DNA of 64,000 nucleotides from an uncultured Thermoplasmatales archaeon (GCA_964581795.1 CAZOPW010000002.1:4979-68978); one strand, 5' to 3'; shown: positions 20,689-30,878, counted from the stretch's first letter. Notes: a model not told the origin generated them from the letters alone. Numbers and translations are program-made.

Positions 20689-21378
20689 ATGTCCATCCTA
20701 ATGGATATTGCATATATACTTTCAATTTTTGTTGGAGTTTTAGCGATTGTAAATCCTTTTGGAAATATATCGTTCTTCACCTCTCTAACACAAGGGTTTT
20801 CTTTAGAAGAAAAAAGAAGAGTTATATCAAAAGCAATAATTGCAGCAACGACAACACTCATTGTATTTGGTCTTCTCGGATCATATATTTTCCGTTTATT
20901 TAGTATCACCATTCCTGCGTTTCGCATCGCAGGTGGACTACTCCTATTTAGAGTTGCTTTTAGTATGCTTTATGGTTCAACACCTGGTACTAAATCAACG
21001 GTGCAAGAAAAAGCCGAGTCATTAGAACGGGAAATGGTAGGGGTGATCCCACTTGCGATACCCATGCTTGCGGGTCCAGGAGCAATTTCAACTGTAATGC
21101 TTTATGTTTCAGAAGGAAGTTTACTTGATTTACTTATCGTCATTGTTTCAATCTTCTTAACAATGATTATAACATATACTCTCCTGCGTAACGCGGATAA
21201 AATATTTGGAAGAATTGGAAGAGTTGGGTCATTAGCTATATCGCGAATAATGGGTCTAATTCTTGCAGCTGTCGCAGTTCAATTCTTGATAAACGGAATA
21301 CATGATATTGCATTAAAATGGATAACTGAATTTTCAAATTTAACGATAAATAATATTATAACCATTTTCTTTTTTTGA
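20689..21378 (+). CDS. MarC-family (UPF0056) integral membrane protein. The ORF-track start at 20596 is probably too far upstream.
   Basis: About 6 TM helices; N-terminal segment 'ILSIFVGVLAIVNPFGN' is typical of MarC family proteins. Confidence 0.55.
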   Translation: MSILMDIAYILSIFVGVLAIVNPFGNISFFTSLTQGFSLEEKRRVISKAIIAATTTLIVFGLLGSYIFRLFSITIPAFRIAGGLLLFRVAFSMLYGSTPGTKSTVQEKAESLEREMVGVIPLAIPMLAGPGAISTVMLYVSEGSLLDLLIVIVSIFLTMIITYTLLRNADKIFGRIGRVGSLAISRIMGLILAAVAVQFLINGIHDIALKWITEFSNLTINNIITIFFF

Positions 21379-22456
21379 AATAAAAAAGCATGATTAAACT
21401 AATGGTTAACATGATTACTAACGCAAAAGGATAACCCCAGAACCAGTTAAGTTCAGGCATATTAAAAGGAGAAACAGTTGGATTAAAATTCATACCATAA
21501 ATACCTGCAATAAATGTTAATGGAATAAAAATTGATGCAAAGATGGTTAAAACTTTCATCACTTCATTCATTTTGTTACTGACACTTGACATATAAATAT
21601 CAAGCATCCCAGATATCATATCTCGGTAGCTTTCTATAGTATCAATTACCTGAATAGTATGATCATATACATCCTTTAAAAAGATAATAATATCCTCAGA
21701 TATCAAGGCCGTTTCTTCTCTGAGTAATCCATTGAGTAACTCCCGTGTAGGCCAAATAGCTTTTCGAAGAAAAATCATGTCAGCTTTCAATCGATGAATC
21801 TGTTGTAGTAGTTTTGGAGTTGGTTGTTCAATTAGCAACTCTTCTGTATCCTCTATTATTTCACCTATTGATTCAAGTATGACAAAATAATGATCAATAA
21901 TGGCATCAATCAAAACATAAGCTAAATAATCAGCATTCATTTTTCTGATACGGCCTTTACCAGATCGAAGTCTACCTCTTATCTGATCAAAAATGTCACC
22001 AGTTTTTTCTTGAAATGAAATTACCATGTTTTTCAATAAAATGATACTAATTTGCTCCGCTTGGATTTCATTATCATTATCGCGATAAAGCATTTTTAGG
22101 ACAAAATAAAGATAATTATCAAAATCTTCAAATTTTGGTCGTTGTCCGGTATTCATTATATCCTCAAGAACAAGAGGATGTATATTAAATTCCGAACCTA
22201 TTTTCTGGATAAGAGTAGCATCATGGACTCCATCGATATTAATCCATGATATTGAGTTAGAATCTAGAAATGAAAAACATTCTTCGATGTCCTTACAAGT
22301 ATGTTCCTTGATATGATTCTCATCGTAATTAAAAATTGTAATTCGAATAGGTCCAACTCGTTCCTTTCCTACATGAACCAGGGATCCAGGAGGAAGACCG
22401 AGCGTTTTATTACGTTTTTTAACAATTTTTGAAATACTATTCACCACAATAAACAC
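21356..22456 (-). CDS. corA: CorA-family Mg2+/Co2+ transporter
   Basis: C-terminal two TM helices with the signature YGMNF (IYGMNFNP); 366 aa cytoplasmic domain plus TM. Confidence 0.8.
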   Translation of the reverse strand: MFIVVNSISKIVKKRNKTLGLPPGSLVHVGKERVGPIRITIFNYDENHIKEHTCKDIEECFSFLDSNSISWINIDGVHDATLIQKIGSEFNIHPLVLEDIMNTGQRPKFEDFDNYLYFVLKMLYRDNDNEIQAEQISIILLKNMVISFQEKTGDIFDQIRGRLRSGKGRIRKMNADYLAYVLIDAIIDHYFVILESIGEIIEDTEELLIEQPTPKLLQQIHRLKADMIFLRKAIWPTRELLNGLLREETALISEDIIIFLKDVYDHTIQVIDTIESYRDMISGMLDIYMSSVSNKMNEVMKVLTIFASIFIPLTFIAGIYGMNFNPTVSPFNMPELNWFWGYPFALVIMLTISLIMLFYFKKRKWL

Positions 22457-22539
22457 GTATCATTTACGTGACAAAAAATATATTATGAAATAAATATGAT
22501 TTTCTATTTAATCAACAAATGAAATATTCATAAAACGAA

Positions 22540-23154
22540 CTAATCAACCATAGTGACCTTAACTGTTTTGTTAATATCAATAATAGCTCCACGACCACGT
22601 TTTCCCATGCTACAATTTACGATAACTGTTTGTTCATGTTGTGTAAAGCCGGGTTTTTCATGAATGTGCCCGCAAATCACCAGGAGTGGATGAAAGGTAT
22701 CAACTATTTTTCGAATTGGTTTGCTCCCTGCATGTTTTCCAAGAAATACGGTATCCTGAAAACCATATGGGGGAACATGGGTGATGAGAACATCGACTTG
22801 TTCTAAATACGACCGAAGAGTTTCGTTAGTGAAAAACAAATCTGTTTCTGCATCATCCACACCATTAACTCCAGTAAACGTTAATCCATCAATCTGAGTT
22901 TGTTTTTTATGAATATTGACTGCTTTCGTTTTTTTAATTCCCTCCCAAACATCTGCAGTATCAATATTGCCTGGAAGGGTATACACGGGATTGGGAAACT
23001 GGTTTAGAATGATAATAGCTGCATCGGCAGGACCAAATTGAGTTATATCACCAGCAATAACAATAACATCTGGTTGATGTTCTTTTATCGCTGCAAGCGC
23101 TTGGTTAACGCGATGTTGTGCTCCATGAATATCTGCTGTTGCGTATATTTTCAT
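22540..23154 (-). CDS. Calcineurin-like metallophosphoesterase
   Basis: DIHG (ATADIHGAQ), GDxxQ (IAGDITQFG) and GHxH-like (ICGHIHE) motifs; 204 aa. It is the last gene of the operon with the two GT-A glycosyltransferases. Confidence 0.65.
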   Translation of the reverse strand: MKIYATADIHGAQHRVNQALAAIKEHQPDVIVIAGDITQFGPADAAIIILNQFPNPVYTLPGNIDTADVWEGIKKTKAVNIHKKQTQIDGLTFTGVNGVDDAETDLFFTNETLRSYLEQVDVLITHVPPYGFQDTVFLGKHAGSKPIRKIVDTFHPLLVICGHIHEKPGFTQHEQTVIVNCSMGKRGRGAIIDINKTVKVTMVD

Positions 23155-23211
23155 TCATATCGCCATGATTAATTTAATAGATCCTTAGAATATGAATCAA
23201 TAATTCCCAGT

Positions 23212-24528
23212 TCAATACACTTTTTTAAGATAATTAAATTGTTCTTCAAATATTTCAGCTTGTTTTTGAATAATGATTTCTGCACCGTTAATATCCATGT
23301 CTTCAACTTGATGAGCGTAACTAACAAATCGTCCTAACCATAATGTTTTAAGGGTATCTAGTAAAGTATATTTATCTGCATCACTTTCCAAATTCTTATA
23401 AGATGCAGCATATTGGTAAACAATTTTTGCCCAAAGTAACGCGTCAAATTTTTCTTTATCATTAACTACATGATCGACCTGTGCAATTAATTCTTCTGGA
23501 AGGTAATTTTTCATATATTCCTTATTTGAAATGAATTCTTGTTGGAAAGATTTATTCATTTCATCAATGTTAATATTAACTGGAATTGGATGTTGACTGA
23601 AGCACTCACGATGATGTTTTGGTTGCCAACGGGATGGTTTTTTCTTCCAGTAGTGTTCATAGTATTTCGCTAGTTCAAACATACTCCCGGTTACTTTTCG
23701 AAACATTGGAATAAGAAATTTCTCTGGTTCTAAATAATGAGTTGTGGATTCATGAATTTTTAATGAAAATAATCCTTCTTTAACGTAATATCCTTCAGCT
23801 GCTGCTGCGGTAACAATAAAAATATCAATGCCAAAATCAGGGGGAAGTAATGGATGATTCCGCAACATCTCATACAGATGTTTTGATAATGCAAATTCTC
23901 CCGCGATTGGTTGTCTGATATCTATTCCATAAAGTGATCTCGTAAATGGATATACTAGATTATTCGTAATTACTCCATCGTTTTTATCTCGAATGTAATA
24001 TGGAACAGTTAGATCTGCACGACCATACACTACAGGATTTGCAATAGTTTGAATCCAACTAGGTTGGATACTTAATAAGTCTCCATCCATAAGGACAACA
24101 CATTTTGCTTGCGCTTCATGAGCTATTTCAAAAATCGTCATCACTCCAGATCCTTTTCCACCGGGGACAAGATCATCGGTTACAATAGTGTGAATCGATT
24201 TATATGGTTGAAATAAGTTAATAGCCTCTTCTGTGTTATCACTGGAAGGTGCTTTAGAAACAACGATTGCTAAATTATAATCTGGAAAATGACGATATAA
24301 TCCTTCATTTATCTTATTGAGAACACTTAATACAGTGGATTCAACGTTTTTACAAAGGACACCGACCATGATGTCGATTGGCCCTATTTCATGGCATTTA
24401 TCAATTATTTCTGAGTCTAAATTTAATCCATTGTTCCATTCTTGATTCATAGATAGCTCTTCTCCTATTTTATCTCCATTATACTTTTCAACAGATCCTT
24501 TACTTTTCATTATCAATAATGACAACAT
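23212..24528 (-). CDS. GT-A-fold glycosyltransferase, paralog of the upstream gene; resembles mannosyl-/glucosyl-3-phosphoglycerate synthases
   Basis: 'GGKGSGVMTIFEIAHEAQAKCVVLMDGDLLSI' shares the GKGxG...A...DxD pattern with MpgS-type enzymes. 438 aa with a C-terminal helical region. The start overlaps the upstream gene by 29 nt. Confidence 0.4.
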   Translation of the reverse strand: MLSLLIMKSKGSVEKYNGDKIGEELSMNQEWNNGLNLDSEIIDKCHEIGPIDIMVGVLCKNVESTVLSVLNKINEGLYRHFPDYNLAIVVSKAPSSDNTEEAINLFQPYKSIHTIVTDDLVPGGKGSGVMTIFEIAHEAQAKCVVLMDGDLLSIQPSWIQTIANPVVYGRADLTVPYYIRDKNDGVITNNLVYPFTRSLYGIDIRQPIAGEFALSKHLYEMLRNHPLLPPDFGIDIFIVTAAAAEGYYVKEGLFSLKIHESTTHYLEPEKFLIPMFRKVTGSMFELAKYYEHYWKKKPSRWQPKHHRECFSQHPIPVNINIDEMNKSFQQEFISNKEYMKNYLPEELIAQVDHVVNDKEKFDALLWAKIVYQYAASYKNLESDADKYTLLDTLKTLWLGRFVSYAHQVEDMDINGAEIIIQKQAEIFEEQFNYLKKVY

Positions 24529-25741
24529 CTAAAAGCTGTTCACGAATTTTTTTCCGAGCAGAAATGGTACGTAACCAATCAGGTATACGTGAGCCAACTG
24601 GATGATTTAAATAATGATTACCTGAAACTGTAATTTGTTTACTAAACTGCTCCACCATATTCTCTTCGATATGGCGATCATATTTTAAATTATTAAAGTG
24701 AGCATCAGCATGATATTTTCGTATTGCGTCCTGAGCATATCTTTGATATAAAACACGCAAAGACCGAATAAAATCCTGAGATATGTTCAATTGATCTTCT
24801 TCGATGAGAACACGTAAAAGGGTTTCAAGTATATCTCCAGTCATTTTCACTAAACCTTGATCTTCATCTCCAATTTTTTGATGTTTATGATCATAAAACC
24901 CTAAATCTGTTTGACAAATCCGTTTTGTAATAACGTTTCTATACATCTCAGCCATAACACCAATTTCAATACCCCAATTACCTGGTATATCGACATCTCG
25001 AGCTAAATCACTAGTTAAAGCAAACTCACCAGATAATGGATATCGGAATGATTGTAAGAATTTGACAAATTCAACTTGTGCACTATGCTGTTCTTCAAGT
25101 GCCTCTAATAATGGATGGAGAAATAACCGGACTACTCGACCATACATTATTCCTTTCTCGGTATTAACTCGCGCATAATATCCTTTATTAAATTTAAAAT
25201 CCAATTCTGGTTCAACAATTGGATAAACTAATTTAGTTGGAATTGTTTCATCATATAACATAATATCTGCATCATGTAACGCAACAGCATATGATCGTAA
25301 TGCTGCGATTCCAAGAGCAAGCCAAACATCCCGGCCCTTACCACGATATTTTAGTAAATCTATTCCTTCTGATTTTAAACCTTGAAGCAATCGTTCAATT
25401 TTTGGTCCATTACACCACATAATTAAATGAGGTACTTCTAAATCTGAAAAAAAACGTTTTACATGAGCAAATTCCTTTTCGTTTTGTGCAGCGAGTGGGA
25501 TAATGATTTCTCTTAAATATGTGCATTTGTTCAATCCTTTTTTTATAGTTCCTAAAGCATCTCCATTGATTTCTCTGTATAGCATTGGCATAACAACGGA
25601 TACGGGGCGCTCAACAACACTGTCACTGACCGTCTTCATTAATTCTTTTTTTCCAACATTAAACTCGTGAAGTGTTGCAATTTTTTCCTGTTTTAAATCC
25701 ATCTTTTTTTCACCACTCTTAGAATTATATTTCGCCATCAC
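24500..25741 (-). CDS. GT-A-fold glycosyltransferase, mannosyl-3-phosphoglycerate synthase (GT55)-like
   Basis: 'VVMPMLYRE...', 'YRGKGRDVWLALGIAALRSYAVALHDADIMLYD' aligns by eye with the MpgS region '[35 protein letters not shown]'. 413 aa. Confidence 0.45.
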   Translation of the reverse strand: MMAKYNSKSGEKKMDLKQEKIATLHEFNVGKKELMKTVSDSVVERPVSVVMPMLYREINGDALGTIKKGLNKCTYLREIIIPLAAQNEKEFAHVKRFFSDLEVPHLIMWCNGPKIERLLQGLKSEGIDLLKYRGKGRDVWLALGIAALRSYAVALHDADIMLYDETIPTKLVYPIVEPELDFKFNKGYYARVNTEKGIMYGRVVRLFLHPLLEALEEQHSAQVEFVKFLQSFRYPLSGEFALTSDLARDVDIPGNWGIEIGVMAEMYRNVITKRICQTDLGFYDHKHQKIGDEDQGLVKMTGDILETLLRVLIEEDQLNISQDFIRSLRVLYQRYAQDAIRKYHADAHFNNLKYDRHIEENMVEQFSKQITVSGNHYLNHPVGSRIPDWLRTISARKKIREQLLDVVIIDNEK

Positions 25742-26040
25742 TAGGAACGTAATTTTTCACAGGATTAGAGCCCGTAATAATGTTGATTCTGATAACTGTT
25801 ATGGTGTTATTCTACATGTATTGTAGCCAGTGAGAATTATAAGATGCACCAATATGTCTGCACCATTGGTTATTAACAAATAATAGTTCCCAATCCATGA
25901 CTTCCGTTCTCAACATTGTAAATATGCTGCTTATTATTAATATTTTTTAACAGATGAAATGGCTAGTAATTTAGAATCTAAAATTGAATAATACTTTTTT
26001 CCAAAATCAAATATACCCCTATTTTATTTCAGCTGAGTAT

Positions 26041-27699
26041 ATGCCAGTTGTAACTTTCGATTATCAAGATTATATTCATTTGCTTGGAGAAGAGATTTCA
26101 AAAGAAGATCTTATAAAAAGATTGCCGATGATCGGAGCTGATTTCGATAAGGTTGAAGATGATGAGATCAGCATTGAGTTCTTTCCAAATAGACCAGATT
26201 TATCATCAGTTGAAGGAATCGTTCGTGCTTCAAGATCATTTTTTGATTATCAACCTGGATTGACCCACTATAAAATTGAAAGATCAGATTTAAAAATGCA
26301 TGTTGATCCCTCTGTCAAACAAGTTCGACCGTTTGTTCGTTGTGCATTAGTAAAAAATGTTACCATGACCGATGAATTAATTACGTCGTTAATGCAATTG
26401 CAGGAAAAACTTCATTTTGGGATTGGTAGAAATAGAAAAAAAGTTGCAATTGGGGTTCATAATGCTGAACCGATTCAACCACCTTTCACGTACAAGGCTG
26501 TTAAACCAAACGCATATCAATTTGTTCCTCTAGGAAAAGTAGAATCCATGACTCTTTCAAAAATTCTAACTTCCCATGATAAAGGAAAAACGTATGCTTC
26601 ATTACTTGAAGGTTGTGAAAAGTATCCTTTGATTGTTGATGATAATGATAATGTTCTTTCATTTCCTCCGATTATCAATGGTATACTGACTGAAGTGACT
26701 CCGTTTACAACTGATTTATTTATCGATGTTACTGGAAATGACTTACAGGCCATTCATCATGCATTAAGTATTGTAGTCACCGCACTTGCGGAAAGAGGAG
26801 GAAACATCTATTCTACACAGATCATTGATGGAGATGAATCAATAGTAAGTCCTGATTTATCATTGAAAAAACGTTTTTTATCAGTTAAATCTGTTACTGA
26901 TGTTCTTGGATTAAATTTGTCCTCTGAGGATATTATAATATATTTGGGGAAAATGGGGTATGACTCTGAAATCATCGATGATCAACAGATCCGTGTTTTT
27001 ATTCCCTCATGGCGAGCTGATATCCTACACGAAATCGATTTAGTTGAAGATGTGGCAGTTGGGTATGGATATGATAATATCAAAAAGGATTTGCCTCATT
27101 CATTTAGCTTCGGACAACCGTTGGTTCATAAAGAACATATTCAAAAACTAAGAACGATTTTGATTGGTTTGGGGTTTACTGAAGTTACAACGTTTCCCCT
27201 TTCAAATGAACATGATGAATTTGAAAAAATTGGAAAACCTATCAATCAACATGTGGAAATACAAAATCCAATCGGAGAGGATTATACCTGCTTAAGGATT
27301 GGACTTATTCCATCTCTTCTTCGTATGCTATCGGACAATAAACATCATCCTTTACCTCAACAAATTTTTGAATTAGGGATTGTAACTAAAAATTCATTTG
27401 AAAACACTTATTATCTTTCAGGGTTGAAAAGTAGTGCATCAGCAAATTTCACAGATTGTAAGTCAATAGTTGAAGCGATTCTCAGAGATAGTGGGATATC
27501 CTATGATATAAAGGAATTTATTCATCCAGCATTCGTTGAAGGCCGATGTGCTGAACTTCGAAGTGGAAATGATAAACATCTTGGATATTTCGGCGAATTA
27601 CATCCAAAAACTATATCCGCGTTTTCTTTAGAACATCCCGTTATTGCCTTCGAATTTCAGGCAGAAGCACTTTTTGATCATATCATGAATCGAAATTAA
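26041..27699 (+). CDS. pheT: Phenylalanyl-tRNA synthetase beta subunit (archaeal type). The true start is probably MPVVTFDY, not the ORF-track start at 25984.
   Basis: Archaeal PheT N terminus (MPVVTFDYQDYIHLLGEE...FFPNRPDLSSVEGI); B3/4 and B5 regions; about 550 aa. Confidence 0.75.
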   Translation: MPVVTFDYQDYIHLLGEEISKEDLIKRLPMIGADFDKVEDDEISIEFFPNRPDLSSVEGIVRASRSFFDYQPGLTHYKIERSDLKMHVDPSVKQVRPFVRCALVKNVTMTDELITSLMQLQEKLHFGIGRNRKKVAIGVHNAEPIQPPFTYKAVKPNAYQFVPLGKVESMTLSKILTSHDKGKTYASLLEGCEKYPLIVDDNDNVLSFPPIINGILTEVTPFTTDLFIDVTGNDLQAIHHALSIVVTALAERGGNIYSTQIIDGDESIVSPDLSLKKRFLSVKSVTDVLGLNLSSEDIIIYLGKMGYDSEIIDDQQIRVFIPSWRADILHEIDLVEDVAVGYGYDNIKKDLPHSFSFGQPLVHKEHIQKLRTILIGLGFTEVTTFPLSNEHDEFEKIGKPINQHVEIQNPIGEDYTCLRIGLIPSLLRMLSDNKHHPLPQQIFELGIVTKNSFENTYYLSGLKSSASANFTDCKSIVEAILRDSGISYDIKEFIHPAFVEGRCAELRSGNDKHLGYFGELHPKTISAFSLEHPVIAFEFQAEALFDHIMNRN

Positions 27700-27709
27700 T
27701 AAATAAGAG

Positions 27710-29233
27710 TTAAGATAAAGGACCTATTTTTTCTTCGACGACTTTTAAGATTTCTTTTGATTTTACAAGATCTTTCATTGTCGTATGATCCGGATAAAGT
27801 GGTCGGTCCACATCCAAGAATTTAACGTGTTTTCGAATTACTTCTTTAGCAGTTTGCACTCCATCACCCGGTTTATAGTCTCTAAAATCAAGAGCTTGTG
27901 CGGCAGCCATTAGCTCAATACCTAAAATACCATACGCATTATCAAGGATTTGCATATTTTTTATAGCTGTGTTCATACCCATGGAAACAAAATCTTCTTG
28001 ATCGGCAGCAGCAGGAATTGATTGAATGGAAGCAGGGGTAGATAGAATTCTTTGTTCAACAATTTGCATATCAGCAGTATATTGGCTTAGCATTAATCCT
28101 GAAAACATACCAGCACCTTTTGTGAGAAAAGCAGGAAGACCTTCACTTAAAGCTGGATTGTTTAACCGGTTTAAACGACGTTCCGACATAACACTGACCA
28201 TGGTAATCGCGGCACCAGCCATATCCATAGGAAGGGAAACAGGAGTTCCTTGAAAATTTGCACCAGAAAGCTGAAGATCTTCATCAGGGAAAAATACGGG
28301 ATTGTCTCCAACACCATTCAATTCAATTTCAACTTGTGATCGTGCATAATCAAGAGCATCACGAGCTGCTCCAATCACCTGAGGAGATGACCGCATAGAA
28401 TAAGCATCTTGAACTTTTGTTTTTATCTTGCCGTTTTTCAAATCCCCGTTTTTAACGAGTTTATTGATATTTTCAGATGATGCAATCGCACCATGAAATC
28501 CGCGTGCTTTATGCAATTTTGTTGTATATGGTTTCATGTTTGCTTTTAATGCTTCTAAGCTCATTGCAGCAGCGATTTCTGCTTGTTTTATCCAAGCATA
28601 AGCGTCATAAAGAAATATTGCACTCATAGCAGTGAGAAGATTTGATCCGTTTATTATTGCTAATCCATCCCTTGCTTTCAACCCGGGTATAGGAACATTT
28701 GCTTTTTCCATAGCTTGTTTACCTGGTAATAATTCGTTTTTATAGTATGCTTTTCCCTCTCCTAATAAAACAAGAGCTATTTGGGACATTGGAGCTAAGT
28801 CCCCACAAGCTCCAACACTTCCTTTTTGACAAACAAAAGGTGTCACTTTTTTATTGAGCATTTTCAGAAGAGTTTCTGTGATCATAGGTCTACAGCCAGA
28901 TTGACCATGAGCATGCACATTTATTCTGCCTACCATTGCTCCTCTAACATATTCAATGGGTGCAGGTTCTCCAATACCCGCAGAGTGGTTATATATTAAA
29001 TATTTCTGAAATTGTTTCACTTGTTCATCATTAAGAACAACTTCTGAAAATTCTCCAATTCCAGTGTTAACGCCATACATGATTTCATGTGCATCGATTT
29101 TTTTTTCAAGCATTGCTCTGCATTTTTCAATTCGTTTAATAGCATTAGAATCAAGTTTTATTTTTTCATGATGCCGTGCTACTCGGACTATTTGTTCTAT
29201 TGTGAGATCTGAGCCAGTTATCGTAATGGTCAT
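27710..29233 (-). CDS. Second histidine/aromatic-amino-acid ammonia-lyase paralog, with an Ala-Cys-Gly variant of the MIO triad
   Basis: HAL-family throughout (IMYGVNTGIGEF; GSVGACGDLAPMSQIALVLLGEG; QSIPAAADQEDFVSMG). The triad reads A149-C150-G151 (minus strand, nt 28802-28810) instead of Ala-Ser-Gly. Confidence 0.7.
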   Translation of the reverse strand: MTITITGSDLTIEQIVRVARHHEKIKLDSNAIKRIEKCRAMLEKKIDAHEIMYGVNTGIGEFSEVVLNDEQVKQFQKYLIYNHSAGIGEPAPIEYVRGAMVGRINVHAHGQSGCRPMITETLLKMLNKKVTPFVCQKGSVGACGDLAPMSQIALVLLGEGKAYYKNELLPGKQAMEKANVPIPGLKARDGLAIINGSNLLTAMSAIFLYDAYAWIKQAEIAAAMSLEALKANMKPYTTKLHKARGFHGAIASSENINKLVKNGDLKNGKIKTKVQDAYSMRSSPQVIGAARDALDYARSQVEIELNGVGDNPVFFPDEDLQLSGANFQGTPVSLPMDMAGAAITMVSVMSERRLNRLNNPALSEGLPAFLTKGAGMFSGLMLSQYTADMQIVEQRILSTPASIQSIPAAADQEDFVSMGMNTAIKNMQILDNAYGILGIELMAAAQALDFRDYKPGDGVQTAKEVIRKHVKFLDVDRPLYPDHTTMKDLVKSKEILKVVEEKIGPLS

Positions 29234-29377
29234 AGTAGAATTTCTCCCCTTCAAATCATCTGTTTTTTAAATATGTAAATCAGGTAACTTGTTTTCATGT
29301 ATTAATGTTATTGAAAAAACATTGTCTTCGAGTGCAAAGCTTTTTTATGCATACGCTTAGATTCCTGGATAGTTTTC

Positions 29378-30319
29378 ATGAAACCTGTGTGTAGCAAATG
29401 TCAGAAACCCGCTGTTTCATTCATTCGATATAATGGCACTCATTTATGCAATGATCATTTTTCAGCATATGTAGAAAAAAGAGTGAAAAAAACGATAAAA
29501 AAACAAGGAAAAACACCTCATAACGCTAAGATTGGTGTTGCAGTATCTGGTGGAAAAGATAGTTTGGTAACATTATGGTTGTTGCATCAAATTTTTAGAA
29601 AACGTCCAGATGTGGAAGTAATTGCTATAACTGTGAATGAGGGAATTCAGGGATATCGGAATAAAAGTATAGAAAAGGTAAAGAAAGCATGTGCAGAATG
29701 GGATATTTCCTATTATGAAATCGATTTTAATGACATTTTTTCTTGGGGGATGGATGATATTGAACGGGTAAATACTTCTCCACTTGGTGCTTGTAGTTTT
29801 TGTGGTGTATTCAGACGGTTTTCTTTGAATACTAAAGCAAAAGAATTAAAAGTCGATCGGTTAGCAACGGGCCATAACCTTGATGATAATGCTCAATCGG
29901 TTTTAATGAACTTTGTGAATGCTGATATGAAAAAACTTGCTCGTCTTGGGCCTCATACTCATGTGCAGCCGGGTCTCATACCTCGAATGATGCCACTTCG
30001 CTGGATTCCAGAAAAGGAAAATGCAATTTATGCATTAACTCATCAAATTGATTTTTATGAGAGTATGTGTCCATATTCAACAAATGCTTTGAGAGGGACG
30101 TTTAAGGAGATATTATATAAGCTTGAATCAAAGAATCCAGGGACTCGTCATAGTATTCTTCATAGTTTTGATGCGATGAAAGATTCATTACGAAAAAAGT
30201 TTCCACCTGTGAAATTAAGTAAGTGTAGTGAATGTAGGGAGCCAACAACGCAGAAAAGATGTCAAACTTGCCAATTAAAAGAAAAGGTCAATACAATGAT
30301 GATAGAAAATAATCATTGA
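29378..30319 (+). CDS. PP-loop ATPase of the TtuA/Ncs6/TtcA family (tRNA 2-thiolation)
   Basis: PP-loop SGGKDS (VAVSGGKDSLV). N-terminal CxxC...C and C-terminal CxxC...CxxC zinc-finger-like cysteine clusters. 313 aa. Confidence 0.65.
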   Translation: MKPVCSKCQKPAVSFIRYNGTHLCNDHFSAYVEKRVKKTIKKQGKTPHNAKIGVAVSGGKDSLVTLWLLHQIFRKRPDVEVIAITVNEGIQGYRNKSIEKVKKACAEWDISYYEIDFNDIFSWGMDDIERVNTSPLGACSFCGVFRRFSLNTKAKELKVDRLATGHNLDDNAQSVLMNFVNADMKKLARLGPHTHVQPGLIPRMMPLRWIPEKENAIYALTHQIDFYESMCPYSTNALRGTFKEILYKLESKNPGTRHSILHSFDAMKDSLRKKFPPVKLSKCSECREPTTQKRCQTCQLKEKVNTMMIENNH

Positions 30320-30878
30320 CTTATTCAGCACAACCTTTAATCATTTTTATGTAAGGAAAATATTTAAATAATAATATTATATTTTTAACTGGTGGAGAAT
30401 GGGGGAAGAATAATTTTTATCTCTCTCCTCACCACCACCCTCACAACAATTCCTCATTCTCCTTTTACAAAATATATTAAAATTTTGTTTCATTACCTGT
30501 AACAATTGTTATTGTAATCTTTATATACTAATTCACTATATTATTATTGAAAGGGAAGGCAGTTTAAGGAGGCAGATTAAAGAGGGAGGGGGGACCCTTT
30601 CATCTTTATTTAACATTAAATTGCCAATAATATACTATAATCATAATAGGCAAATGATCTTATTTATTTTTAATTTCAACTATATTAAATCCAAGCTAAA
30701 GTAAATAAAAGAGAGTGAGAAACGTATTTTCTAACACTAGTTAATATAAAAAATTGAAAACAATTAATGGAATCGACTGGTCGCGTTGAATATACTACAC
30801 TTCATAAATGATCAAAAACTTAAAAATCAGAGAATAATTTTATAAATGGATATATAATTACACTCATTGGGTCGATGG

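Noticed and set aside
25742-25983. Intergenic region before pheT and ORF-track start at 25984
   Set aside because: The first 19 codons (MNNTFFQNQIYPYFISAEY) do not match the PheT N terminus. The conserved start is MPVVTFDY at 26041.
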